From Novakomyces olei (lineage: Eukaryota): a DNA stretch of 64,000 nt. Under the pieces are notes generated by a model. That model made no database searches, had not been told where the DNA came from, and saw only the letters and a program-made list of their open reading frames with translations. Positions 1-13,348 of this stretch are shown in pieces (the stretch's first letter is position 1; every line of letters starts with the position of its first letter). A program made the translations under genes and the position numbers. Where the stretch lies: positions 992,001 through 1,056,000 of the forward strand of contig JADEYG010000007.1 of assembly GCA_016906335.1 (NCBI GenBank), given 5' to 3'.

Positions 1-2101
1 TCATATAAGCAGGACTGTTTAAGCTCTCAGCCGGCGCCGAAGGCTGCAGTTGATTAGCTTCGCGCACGAAAAGTACAAGGTCGGTGAGGCCTGTAAATAC
101 AGAGCCACAAGATTCCTGGTTGCAAATTGCTGTTGCCAAAGCTTCAATCAAATTTGCATAAACATCGGTATCATGAGTGTCGGCGAGCGTTGCAGTTATG
201 CCTTGAACATTGTTCAAAATACAGTCTTTGTCGTGCAAAGCGAACACTTTAAGCGCCAGGGACGCAGTGTAGACTAGTGCGGCTTGTTGCTGGCCGGAAA
301 AATTCAAACATTGAAGTAGAAAAGGCAGAATTCTTGAGGTTTGTACTGATATTTGGCAGATTTCTGCAACTTGTGTTCGCACAAGATCGCACAAGGCCAG
401 TCGACCAATGGGGACTGTGAAATTTAATGCTAATTGGAGTACAGATTCGCTTGTAACATAATCCAATAATTCTGGCGGTAGTGGCTGTAGCTGTGCCGCT
501 ATTTTTGTGAAGTATATTACTCCATCTAGTATCTAAATTGACATTAGAAGGGACAATAAAGAAATAAATAAACAAACAAAGGAATCGATTAAATAGATAT
601 ATCTGTATTAATCAGGAAAGAATATCATACATAAACAGAATCGGTCGCGACACTATTCTGCAACATGCTAACAATATTCTCGTAATACATTCTCGGGGAC
701 AGAAAATAAATATTTTCAATCAACTCGGCAAACGATTCTCTTGCGTCGTTAAGAGCCTCTCTTTCCGCTACATTAAACGGCCCCAAGGGAGTAAGTTTCA
801 GGGATATACAAGACAACAATATTTCAACATCATCTTGTACATTCGATCTTTGTAGCTCGCGGTCATTTTCAAAGCAATCGACCCAATATCCTAGTGAGGT
901 AAAAGCAATCTGCATATTGTCAAGAGCAGGCCGGCGGATGAATTCAATCATTAGCCTTTTCAATTCCGAGAAAATCTCAGGACTTTCTCGAGCCAGATCT
1001 GATCCATATTCTGTCAAAAGAGATGTAATGATGCATGCAAGATTATAATCCTGAATATCATACTCACCAGAGTCCGATTTCGAAAGAAATTCTGTAACAG
1101 GCTGAAATTCTGTGGATTGAACGCAAATATTCTGTGTAATTTTCATCGCATTGGCCTTTGTTATAGAACCCGACTCTATCATTTGAGTAAGAGCTTGGCT
1201 TGCGCTCTCAAATACATCGCGTTGTCCCAATAGGTCAATTGAACGATCGATAAGGTCCCTTTAAAGTTTAACAATGAACAATGAGCATTTTTCAGTTTCG
1301 TACCTATCTGCAAACTGACCTGAAAAAGCAAGCTGCAACAAACGATAGGTCTCAATGGCACTTGTTGAGTATTCAGGGCTCGATATTGTCTGCCTAACGA
1401 GATCGTTTAACTGTGGTCCCGTACTTTGCAAAAATTCAAAGGACGCGAGCCGATAACCCTTGTCCTTTGCGGTCTCAGGGTCAACTTCGTAGACGATAAG
1501 CCGTAAAATCTCTTCCCAAACCCAAAGAAGGCACTGATACAACCGAATAGCAAAATTGACGCTTTGGCTCAGGTTTTCAGGCAAATCACCAACTGCCTTA
1601 ATTGCATCTTCTGTAGTCATCTTTAATACGCTCTCGGCCAAGTAAACACAGCATTTCTGCAGAGTATTCTGACTCGCCTGGTCAGCAATAAGTCTTACAC
1701 AGACCTGCACAACGAGGCCAATATGCTCAGGCAAAACATGCTTGAAAGAAGTGCTAAAGACAATTAGAAATCTATTTTAATAAAAAGCCGTACACATAGT
1801 TTCCTACAAACCAGACGACAATAAACCTGACTCGTTCGTCCTGTCGATTAACAAATGGATCAAGAGTATTTCATTTACATTATTTTCCAGAGCAGAAAAA
1901 GCTATGTTGAAGGCTTCTGGCGATCCGTTATTGCCAAACTCCGTTAGCGCGTTCGAAATTTTTGCAATGAGCTCTGTATTTGCAGCGTTATACGGTGCAT
2001 ACAGCTCATTTACCCACTTGAATAATGATAAGATCGATGCATTTTACTTCCCTTACATAAGCAAATGTTGAAGCACTATCAATACAGACTGAACCGTCCA
2101 T
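1..2101 (-). CDS. Importin-beta/HEAT karyopherin (importin-13/transportin-SR-like), multi-exon, 3' end outside window
   Basis: ORFs 1261-1734, 625-1230 and 249-575 join through GT-AG introns; predicted all-helical with importin-13/Mtr10-like segments (e.g. AFTSLGYW...ARESFAELIE); probable ATG at 2101. Confidence 0.65.
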
Positions 2102-2388
2102 ATACTCATAGTTAGTTTGCCGTTTCCACAAGAAAGCAGATTCTTTCTTGCTGAATGGTCTCTGCTAGTCACTCACGCGTGAATAAATAAATAAAAAATA
2201 AATAAAAAACTAAATTAATAATAAATTAATAACAAACTAATAACAAATTAATAACAAATTAATAAATTAATAAATTAATTAAATTATAATTATAATCATC
2301 ATTAATATTAATATTAAATTAATATATCTCTTGATATTCCGACTAATTTTTGGTAACACCGGCAACGAGTCTGTGTATAATGTAAATA

Positions 2389-3481
2389 ATGCAGAGCCGA
2401 ACGGCGTCGCAATGGAAAGAAGAAGGAAACAGGCTCTACAAAGAAGAAAAATTAGCTGAAGCTATTCATGTATTGTTCTTTTTAATTTATGAATTCTGAC
2501 ACCCATAAAGGCTTATACACAAGCTATTATTTTGGACCCTACGAATTCTTTGTTTTTTGGAAATCGAGCTCTTTGTTTCCTGCGGACCGATCAGAATGAC
2601 CGGGCAGAAAGTGATTGCCAGCGTGCAATTGCCCTTAATCCGTCTATGCTAAAGGCGCATTACTATTTGGGCAGTTCTTTAATACAGCAGCACAGGTTTA
2701 ACGAAGCAGCTCGGCCTCTTCGCCGAGCATATGATCTTGCTCTTGAACAAAAATCTCCTTCTCTATTAGCCATTTGTGAGAATATACTTAAAGCTAAGCG
2801 ACGAAGCTGGGAATTACAAGAGATCCGGCGATTACAGCAGCAGGGAAAGCTGCTAGTTGAAATAATGCAGTTACTCATCGATCGGAGGAACGAACGAATC
2901 GCAGAGGCCAAAAGAAGTGTTAACGACGCCTCTCAATTAGAGGAAGAAGTTGAAACGCAAACATACTTGACAGACTGTAAAATTCTTGAGCTGCAAGATC
3001 TTTTTGAGCAAGCGGACGAAAAACTTAAGAAGCGGGTATTATAAACGCCTGAGCAGTAGTAAGATTGCATTTAATTGAAACTAACATTTTATTACAGGAG
3101 GTCCCGGAATACCTTATCGATCCCATTTCGTTTAATATAATGATTGATCCAGTCGTTACACCGTCCGGCAAGAGCTTCGACCGGGCATCTATTGTCACCC
3201 ATTTGCTAAATCGGCCTTACGATCCGTTTACAAATCAACCGCTTTCTGAGAAAGATCTCAGATCAAATCTTGCGTTACGAGAAGCTTGTGAGGTATTTTA
3301 TCAATTGTTTCCTGAATTCTAAGCATAATTGATCTTAGTTTTGAGTTGTTTTTCTCCATTCATCTCTCTTTTTTTTTTTTTTTTTTTTTTTTTGTTTCTT
3401 TTTTCTTATTTCTTAATTATTGTATTTAATGCTTAAATAAAGGAATTTCTACATAAGAATGGATGGGCAGCCGATTGGTGA
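2389..3481 (+). CDS. STUB1: CHIP/STUB1-like TPR + U-box E3 ubiquitin ligase
   Basis: TPR motifs (KEEGNRLY, NRALCFL, KAHYYLG), coiled coil, U-box VPEYLIDPISFNIMIDPVVTPSGKSFDR, C-terminal NGWAADW; introns 2470-2510, ~3037-3098, 3293-3442. Confidence 0.9.
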
Positions 3482-4008
3482 GAACCGACAACAGACTGCT
3501 ATTGGGCTAAAAACCAATTTTCAGCATGGGTATTTTGACGTTGTTCCGCAAATTCCAGAGTTAAGTGTGGCTTCAAGGACAGAAAACTGAAAGGCCAGCT
3601 TACCTACGGGGCAATGACGAAATACCGCGTCTGAGCTGTTATTGTAACCATATTTCATCGGTCCAAAGCAACTGGACAATTTTATCCAATATAATACTAA
3701 ATCCGAGTGTGTAAGCCAATATTTGAAATAATGCCATCTAAGCGGATTGAGGCTAGCATCGTGTATTTGCACAAATTATGGACATTTATTAGACAAAAAA
3801 TTTCAGGCTTTAGAATCAGAGTTTCACACAGCCCGAGCAAACTTGTGAAGATGTTGTAAAAATAACTATAGTTGAACAATCAAGAATGAGCAAAGATACA
3901 GAAATGCTATCTAAAATGGAAATCACACATAAATTCATCTAATTATTTGATCACGAAAAAAAATAAAACCAAACCGCAACGCCTTTCTCTCGCAGATTAT
4001 TATGATCA

Positions 4009-6218
4009 TCATGTTATTTGTACAAAGTTGATTGGAGCCAAGCCTTGATGGAGTTAGTACGAATTCTTTGAACAATATATTGAAAAAATTCATATTCAAA
4101 TAAAAGATAAAATAAGCAGATAAAAGAAAGAGAAGCCTTACTCAGAATCTTATTAAAACAAATGTTACGTTTATGCATAGCATAAAAATTCAGTACAGAC
4201 CCATCTTTGAGCGTAATCGTGAGTTCCTCATTCAATGGCCCTAGCAATTTCCCATTGGAACCCTTGCGTAGCCGAAGAATCTGATCATAACGGTGCTTAT
4301 CCTTTGACGAAGACGGTTTGGATGACAAGGTAAAGAAAAACGAGTCAGACATCAAAACCAACTTGCCAATTAGCCCCTTGTGAACACAGCTATGAGTGCT
4401 AATAATCATATTGTCGTTCAGAGCATATACACGTTCTTCGTCTTCTAGCATAGAGCTGGCCGTCGAAAAACTTTCTTCAGATGAATCAGACTCCAACGAA
4501 TCATCAGAGTTATTACCATCCTTGCCTTCGTTCGAGCGCCTTTTATCAGCGGCCCTTCTTTCCTCCCGTTCAAGCTGCAAATAGAAATCATTCTCCACTT
4601 GACTCTCGATAAGATTCAAGCGAGCCCGATTTGTCCGTTGTTTCAGAGAGGAGATTGAATACTGAACAGCGTCTGGAATGTCCCAGAGAACCCACTTTAG
4701 CGGAGAAACAAGGAAACGGTATTTTGGAAACCTTGAGGCGACCGGAAACAATATGAAAAACCAGAGCCCAAAGATAAAGTATACAATTTTCAAGCAATGC
4801 TCAGAGCTAGTAGTAAAAGTACCGGCTAGACAGACGAGGAGAAAAATTAGAGTGTGAATAGTCTTGCGAGGGTAGGCCCACTGTGAAAAGTTTTGTAAAA
4901 CTTCAAGCAGTGTAACAAGATCAGCCAGTTGTGATTGTAAATGAACGCCATATGTTTGCTTCAGCTCCATCATTGCTCCAGTATTACCGCGATTAAGTAA
5001 TGTCTCACTGAAAGTGATGGAAGCTTCATGCCGGTGTCTTTGCCTCGTAGCAGCCTTTTTAGTCTGCTCTGCAGAGCTGGAATAAAAACGCTGCTTGAGA
5101 ACGTAGTAAATAATCCAGGTGAAAACAAACGTAAATATATAATTTTTGTGCCACAAGTAGGCGTAGAAAAGGAACCATCGCAGCGTGCGTTTTGGGCTCT
5201 CCCAGCGCCCGACTTGACGGCATTCAAGAAAAAATTCTTGCCATGGCCCAGATAGAAAGATCAACCGTTCAATTCCAGACTGGAAAGTGGGATAAGAAAA
5301 TTTGTCATGAGCTTGACGTGGGCGAAGGTGGGGCTTACCGAAATTTTCTGCCCAGGAAAGTAAGAAATATCCGGCCCACTTGGACCAGGCTAATCGTTCT
5401 TGGTCCTCGTCATCGCGATACTTGAACGCTTCAAGAGGCGGCAGTAACCGTTCAATTTCAGGAACTGCTTCGACTTCGTGAACGTAGCGGGAAAGAACAA
5501 CAGCAATCCGCCTTAGTTCATGCATATACTCAACCTGTTGCACAATACGGTCCCTTTCGATCCATTCGTCCAGCGATTGAGCATTAGTCTTGAGATCGTT
5601 CAGGCGCAGATACTCGTCACGTTCGCGATCAGGCATATTGCTCTCATTAGCGCGCATAACCTGTGACCATACAAGTGCACCGGCCTGAGACTTTATATGC
5701 CTTTTAGGATGGTGAATAAAGTTACGCAATTGCCGACGACGGCTGCCGTGGCTATCAAGCGCTTCAACTGGAGGAAGCAAACTATGGAGATGAAATGCGC
5801 TTTTAATTTTATTTTGAACGGCGACAAACGGCCTTTTTAGCCAACTGTTGGCATAGCGGCCGCCCAGGTAAAAGGGAAGGACGCGCTCGGCTGACGAGTC
5901 CAGATCGTCTGGGACGGCATCTTTGTAATCAGCTTCGTCCTCCGTATCTGAACACTTCTGCGCAGCCAAATTATCATTTAAATTATCAGATTTTTTGGCC
6001 AATTTTCCAGCCAATTTTCCACGCGGGCTCGGGGTGCGATCAGCAGAACGGAGTTTGTCTGTGACGCTGTGGTCTGTAGAGCCCTGCTGGCCCACTGCAT
6101 TTTTGGTGCTAAAGTCCGGATCGAGACGGTGAGGGTAGTCAAATTTTTGCAATTTTGACAGAGGAAGCTCGCTTGCAATAAGATTGGCTGTTGAAGGTGA
6201 TGATTTATTATGCGGCAT
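4009..6218 (-). CDS. Membrane protein with C-terminal PH/GRAM-like domain (GRAMD4-like)
   Basis: 752-aa ORF with central hydrophobic hairpins and a beta-rich C-terminus (GKLVLMSDSFFF...RNICFNKIL); last intron has a TACTAAC branch and gives the end LAPINFVQIT*; start uncertain. Confidence 0.6.
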
Positions 6219-6471
6219 ACTGCCGCTTGTCAATGGCGTCGCATGAAAAGCGTCGTCTGCGAAAAGCTGCACGTATTATGTCATTTCAAAGCTGTTTATT
6301 AACTACTTATGGAAACACTGCTATATATAATAAAATTAAAATTAATATATAGTATAATATTAATTTATTCAATATAATTTACAGGTATCGTGTAGATATA
6401 TGGTATAAATACAGTATAAATATGGTCCAAGTATATAATATAGAGTAAAAATATAGTGTAAATAGGTATAA

Positions 6472-6542
6472 TATAGCATAAATATATATAGCATAAATAT
6501 ATATAGCATAAATATATATAGCATAAATATATATAGCATAAA
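6472..6542. repeat. 15-bp tandem repeat (TAGCATAAATATATA) about x5 in a divergent promoter
   Basis: Directly visible. Confidence 0.9.
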
Positions 6543-6608
6543 CAGTGGTGCTCTTGTATAATTCACAAAATATTACAGAGCCTAAACGAAGCCAAGTCGG
6601 TGAGCTGA

Positions 6609-7259
6609 ATGGCAGTAGCAGAGGCCAATGCGTTACCGGCGGACGCCGTTAAAGTCCTAAAATCTTCACAGTTTGTAAGTCTAAGGTCATAGTAAATCCT
6701 AATATTGTAGCTTCATCTTGGCACTTGCGACCACGATAGACCTCACGTCAGTCTGATGAACTATACGTTTTGTGAGCGGGGATCAGCTGCGCCTTACGAG
6801 TTGGCGGACTGCATAATTATGTTGAGCCCAAGGAACACTAAAAAGTTTTTCAATATTGTCGCAAATCCTAACGTGAGTATGCTGGTACACGACTGGTCAA
6901 TGCAGCGTCAATCAGCACATCCGGTCGACACCCCTTCGTCCTCCTTGCAATCATATTTGCTCGGACTCAATCAGCTCCAGCTATCACAGTCAACATCGGC
7001 CACGTTAGGCGGCCGTGCAAAAGTTCTCGCGCCCGGACCAGAAGCAGACTATTTTCGCTCGCGACATGCGGCCGCAAATCGCGATCTTGGAGTGGAGCAT
7101 TACGTAAACGATGAGGACAGTGCCGTTGTTAAAGTCTGTATCGAGTCTGTGCGTATGGTAGTGGGTGGGGCTGAAGGCCGCCTTGAGCGGTGGCGGGAGG
7201 ATGGAGCTGAGAGTACTCCAGCCGTAGCTGCTACACCTCTCTCCAACAATACGCACTGA
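6609..7259 (+). CDS. Pyridoxamine 5'-phosphate oxidase-related FMN-binding split-barrel protein
   Basis: Spliced SQF|LHLGTCDHDRPHVSLMNYT, TKKFFNIVANPNVSMLVHDW; one intron ~6675-6710. Confidence 0.8.
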
Positions 7260-7883
7260 TTTTAAATATGTGGATTTATACATTGCCTGCTATGCTCTGG
7301 GCGTTGATTTGCACAGGTTGCTTTGTGACTGCTTATATTCTTGTCAGGCTTACCCGCGTCAGGTTGGCTAGGCTCAGGGGTATACACAGGGCTTGAGTCT
7401 AGCGCGCGCCAAGTTTATTTCTGTTCTACAGTCTGTTTGTATGCATTTTATAATTTTATTAATTTTTCTGATGATGCCTGATCAGTGTTTATAGAAATTG
7501 CCTTGGCTTGTGTATAGTCAAGCTGGGTCGAAGGGGATTTGAATAGACTTTGATTCATTGCTTCTCGTCTTCAAACCTTTTTGTATGATAAACATCTTTG
7601 TTATAACACGATGGCCACGATACAAGCCTTGCCAAAAAGGTCAATGGAACAAACGAAAGTTTGTGACGAATTGAGTCTAGTTTTTCACCTCCATTTCACC
7701 TCAATAATGTGACAACAGCGAAAAGCTCCGTACACATGTCAAGCGCCTTTCGGTCTGACAGCAGTCTACAACAGTAAGAGAGACGTTTGTACGACATTTG
7801 GCTATTTTCAGATTATTAGTATTAATTCTTCTAATATTATTAGATATACTGCAGTAGTTATCGAAATTATCAGTTATTTTTAT

Positions 7884-7922
<39 letters not shown>

Positions 7923-8110
7923 CATATTTACAACTGCCATTTCAAAAGGGTACAATTATAAACGTTTGGCCCGCGTCAACACGTCTTTCCCCGTATATTT
8001 ATTTATTTAATTATTTATTTATAGATAGATATATTCATATAGAACAGTTATATATCAAATTATATTATAATGAGCATTACGCTATAGAAATTGCTACGTA
8101 TTCATCATCA

Positions 8111-10491
8111 ATGACGGTCCCCACGGGAGCGCGCGTGGCCGCGCTACGTGAACTCATGAAGCAGCATGACCTTGATGCGTACATTGTGCCCAGTGAAGAT
8201 GCTCATGCCTCAGAATATGTGGCTGATTGTGACGCGAGACGCGCTTTTATCTCCGGTTTCGATGGCAGCGCTGGATTGGCTGTAATCACAAACTCTGACG
8301 CCAGCTTGTTCACGGATGGACGATATTTTAATCAGGCAAGCCACCAATTGGACGGCAATTGGACACTCATGAAGCAAGGCAAGACAATTAAATAGATTTG
8401 ATCTTTTCATTACAAAGAGATGCAATGCAATTTATTGGATTGACTTTAATTTAATAAATTTAATTTAACAAATTCAAATTGAATTTACTGTCTTTTTTTC
8501 TCGTGTGCATTGCTTCGCTCGTGTTTGCTTGTTTGTTCTTCAAAATCGCCTTGATATTGTTTGCGTTTTCTAACCTACAGGGCTTCCTGGTGTCCCTACT
8601 TGGCAGGAATACTTGGCAAGCCGAGCAAGAAGCGGCCTGACCAGGTTCGGTATTGACGCTAAAGTCATCAGTTTTGGTTTGTGCCCCAATGTCTTAATCT
8701 CATAGTCTCTTTGCTAATAGACAAATATAGTGGAAGCAAAAGAACTGCAACTACAGCTTTCCCGCTCTGAGGCAAAGCTGGTTGACGTTCAACCCAACTT
8801 GGTCGATCAAGTATGGGGTGATAGCAGACCTGCACGTGTGAAAAACCCTATTATAGTACAGGGCATTGAGTTTACAGGCCGCAGTCATACTGAAAAAATT
8901 GCTCAAATTCAAAAATGGCTTTCTGATGCGGATGCTAGTGCTTTTATAGTAACAATGTTGGATGAAGTGGCCTACCTGTTTAACCTCAGGGGTACTGATG
9001 TGCCCTTTAATCCAGTTTTCCGTGCTTATGCCTCAGTTACACGAGACAGTGCTACGCTTTTTGTCGACAAAGCGCAGCTGACTAAGGAAGGAACTACTCA
9101 TTTGCATGATGTTTCTATCCTTCCTTATGATCAAGTTTTTCATTATGCAGAAAATATGGTTTCCGGCTCTACTCTTTTGTCGGAAAAGGCTTCGTGGGCT
9201 CTAGCTCTGGCTATTGGCGAGTCTCGAGTCCAGCAGGCTCGCAGCCCTGTCTCCGATGCAAAAAACATTAAAAATTCAACAGAGCTAGAGGGCATGAAAG
9301 CCTGCCATATTCGTGACGGGGCTTCGCTTGTCGAATATTTTAGCTGGCTTGAACGCAGATTAGCATCTGCTCAAATCATCGACGAAGTTGATGCGGCTAC
9401 TCAGCTCGAGCAGTACCGCAGTAAGCGTACACATTTTGCCGGGCTTTCTTTCCCAACAATTTCGTCTACTGGAGCCAACTGTGCAATCATTCATTACCAG
9501 CCAGAGAAGGCCACTTGTGCGGTTATAGACCCGGCCAAAATTTACTTGTGTGACTCTGGAGCTCAATATAGAGATGGGACAACCGATGTAACTCGCACTT
9601 GGCACTTTGGTAAAATCGACGAGGAAATTAAAAGATGTTACACCCTGGTACTTAAAGGCCATGTGTCTATCGCCACCGCTGTTTTTCCTACTGGAACTAC
9701 TGGGTTCATGATAGACTGCCTGGCCCGTCAGTATTTGTGGAAGCAGGGACTGGACTACCTTCATGGGACTGGCCACGGTGTAGGAAGCTACCTTAACGTT
9801 CATGAACTTCCTGTTGGTATTGGCGTGCGTATAGTGTTTAATTCGGTTACGCTCCAGCCCGGAATGGTTCTTTCTAATGGTATTATCTATCGGATTAGTT
9901 AGTCATTGGCTGATAAAATAACTTGTTGTTCCGCTCTAATTTTGCTATACTTTTTGCTGTCAACTTTATATCTTTTGCTCAAAGCGCTGCAGGATTGGTC
10001 CCTCAAGTCTGTGCGCTTACATTCAATGTCTATTTATTTGATTTTTAAGTTCCTGATGCCACGCGACTAACATTATAAAAGAACCCGGCTTTTATCGCGA
10101 CGGCCATTTCGGTATGCGAATTGAGAATCTCGTCACTGTCGTTCCAGCAGATGTGCCAGAGAATTTCGGTGGCCGGCCTTACTATACTTTTGAAAACCTG
10201 ACATGGGTATGCTAGTCTGACTATTTAATTTATTTATTTATTTATTTTTTTTTATTTTTTAATTTTTTAATATTTACCGCTTTGTTTGTATATCTCTATC
10301 CTTCTTTGATTTGCATGTTAACTTTAGGCTCCCTTGTGTCGAAAATTGATCGACACGAGTTTACTGACGCCGGAAGAGGTCGCTTACGTGGACGCTTATC
10401 ATGCAGAAACACGATCAAAACTCTGGTCGCACCTGGAAGATAATAAAGAAGCTCAGCAATGGCTTGAGCGCGAAACAGCGCCCTTGGATAA
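8111..10491 (+). CDS. Xaa-Pro aminopeptidase P (peptidase M24B)
   Basis: YIVPSEDAHASEY, DSGAQYRDGTTDVTRT, HGTGHGVG, SNEPGFY; 4 introns, the first GC-AG. Confidence 0.95.
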
Positions 10492-11424
10492 ATATAAAAG
10501 CCTTTTGACTTGAAATACAAGGCAAGGTTGCCATACGAACGATCTCCTAACTGTGAAATTTTTGAAGTAGCCAGGACAGTGAATTATTCTTCTAACTTTT
10601 TAATATATTGATACATATTTTATATGGTAGCCGTGTTAGTATAACAGCCAATATAAATGAATACCTCGTTAATGTGTTCAATCAACAAAGGTTGATCCAG
10701 ACGACCGCTTTTATATTACCGTGGTTAGTCGCCGTTCTATGTGTGCTTATCAAACTGTTATATATAAATCATTGAGAAACTTGGCCCGTTGAACGCATCA
10801 ATCCCTCCAAACTATTATGATGCTTATAGCGGCCGATATATTCCGTAAATGGTCTTAAAGTAACAGCCTTTAATGCCGCAATGGTGCTTTATTAATCCTT
10901 TTTGCCGGAATTTGAGCGCGGGGTTCAGCACTTGCAAAAACCGGCTCCGACTCATATATATCTTACGTAATCGTTATAAAATTAAAAACGCCTAGACCGG
11001 AAAACCCTGACGTCCGAACAAGCTTACTCGACTAATACGGATATTTTAAGGTCGAGAAAACCCTACTGAAGCTTAATCGGGTAATTATCTCGTTTGCTCA
11101 CACTAATATATTGGGTAGATCAACGCTAGAAAGCCCTGACTAGATTGCTTCCGAAACACAGTTCTTGCGTCCGGATAGGGAAGATACAGATACCACGCGC
11201 ATGTAAAAGAAAAGCAAGCTTGCTGTGAATGACGATCGTTTTTGCATAGGCATTTTGATCAAAAGCGACAAATTCTATATATTGGATGAGCGCGAAACTC
11301 ATTCTTGCGAGCGCGATTTGATTTTATTCTGCCAAGCCAGCAACTGTCAAGACCTTTATGCAGATCTAAAGCTGGTTTACATTGAACTAAAATTTGTGCC
11401 ACTGCTGCCAAAGCTGCGAGTACA

Positions 11425-13348
11425 ATGGAGCAGCGAGTGTATGCAGTTGCATTCAGTGACGACCGCCAGTCCGTCAACTCAGTAGTGATATCCAAAACGT
11501 CAATGGCTCTTAACGCGGTCAGTCTGCTCTCATCTCTGATTGCCTCATTGTTTCTGCTTTGCAGGAGACGGCAGCTTTTTCGACACCGGTAAGGCTTAAC
11601 ATGTTTTATTTTCTGCTTTTGTTCAACCGGCAAGTAAGCTTTGAGATCTACAAAATCAAAGCTGTTTTTACAGCCGACAGCTATTGCATAACTAGCATTG
11701 ATCAGTTTGTTGGCTCTTCTTGTCTCGATCTGGTTTTGCTTATTTATTCCGATACCTTACTATTCGACTGGGAGGTTTTGGTGTATCTCCATGCCAACAG
11801 CTCTTCACGATTATTCTTGCTAACCTTTAGGCTAATTTTATTTCTTATTCTTAGCGATATGGCTTGTGAAATTAGCATGATGGTGTATCATTCTTTTTGC
11901 ATTTCACAGTCCGATTATACAAGTCTCCCAATGTGGTTTGCCTTCTCAAATGGCGCATTCACCCAATTTTCAATAGCTTTGGGTGATTTTTGCGTGCTAT
12001 TTATTGCTTTTCATACCGTATCGTGTTTATATTACGGGTTGGAAAACAAAAAAGATCGTTTTTTCAGCGGTGGCCTTGAAAGACACAAGGTCTGGTGCGC
12101 TTTAATACCCATTAGCGCTTCCGCGATTCTAGTGGGACTTGCTTTTATTAATGATACCCCTTATGCTCCAACAGGTGCCTGGTATGTTCAAAAACAAAAT
12201 TGATAAAAATTTCAAAATATCGTTCTAATTATAGGTGCTTTCTGCCGTTAAGGCCGATAGTTTGGAGGCTAACACTCTCGTGGATCCCTCGCTGGAGTAT
12301 TTTTATTGCTATTTTCCTGCTATACAGCTTTCTGTTCGTTTACATGCGACGCAAATATAGAGCTGTTGCTCTGCAAGTCAATGGTTTCATGTTTGATGCT
12401 ATTAATCCGATTCCCGATCGCAAGCCACATAGCAATGTACCAAATGCATTATCAGATCAATACTCAATTTCATCTGCCCAGCAAGAGTTGGATCGTCATG
12501 ATGCATATGCAAGTGCACCAGTTTCTCCACGGACAATGGCTGTGGATATACCAGTGCCTTCAAACTTTGTAGCTCTGGGTCCTGGTTCAGATGGTTTGGA
12601 GGATGTTGTATTTGATGAAGAAAATGAAATGATTGATCCCTATATAGCACGCTCACTTGCGGCCAAATACGCTGAAGATGAATCACACAATGAGCGGCAA
12701 GGTAACGATGATGTAAGGATTGAATTGGCAAGTAAAGCAAGGTCAGTTTCCTCTCCTTCTTTTAAATCAAGTGCAGTTATAACATCTGCTGCAAATCCAA
12801 ATACGCTATCAGAACCGCTTGAGCAGTTAGACGAGAGTGAAAAACAAGTATCACAATTGAAACCGGTGCCGAATGCTAATGCCAATCATGGGCCAATCAA
12901 TGGGAAGGATTCGTCTCTGCTATCATCCACAAATTTCGGATATTATCCTGCTTACAACCGAATGCTCGAGTCGCAGGAACGAGTTCCGCTCAGCTCAACG
13001 CAGGCTGCAATTCTACGCCAAATGCTAAAGACCATGCTGTTTCCCATTGTGTATTTACTCGAATGGCTGATGCCTTTTATTCTGAATTTTTATCAGTACT
13101 CGGAAAATATTAACCTTACTACATACCGAGTTCTTGTATTTTTCGCTTCCGTGTCCCTGACGCTCCGAGGGTTCTTCAATGTCTGCTTATATCTGAGACT
13201 GGAGAGGCCTTGGCGGAAGCGTAATTCGTCCGCGTTTAATGAGCATCGTCAGTCTGAATTGTATACAAACCGCGGCCCTGAATCAACAGAGGCCCAGTCT
13301 GCAAATCAAGGCAATACTGATGGGCCTTTTTATTCCGCAACCGCCTAG
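11425..13348 (+). CDS. git3: Git3/Gpr1-type glucose-sensing G protein-coupled receptor
   Basis: Exon 1 ends ...RRQLFRHR|LILFLILSD; 7 TM helices, YAPTGAWC, long third intracellular loop, MLFPIVYLLEWLMP, ERPW; introns 11589-11830 and ~12183-12234. Confidence 0.85.

Noticed and set aside
11200..11370. Four short uORFs upstream of git3
   Set aside because: Number is near chance expectation and the TSS is unknown
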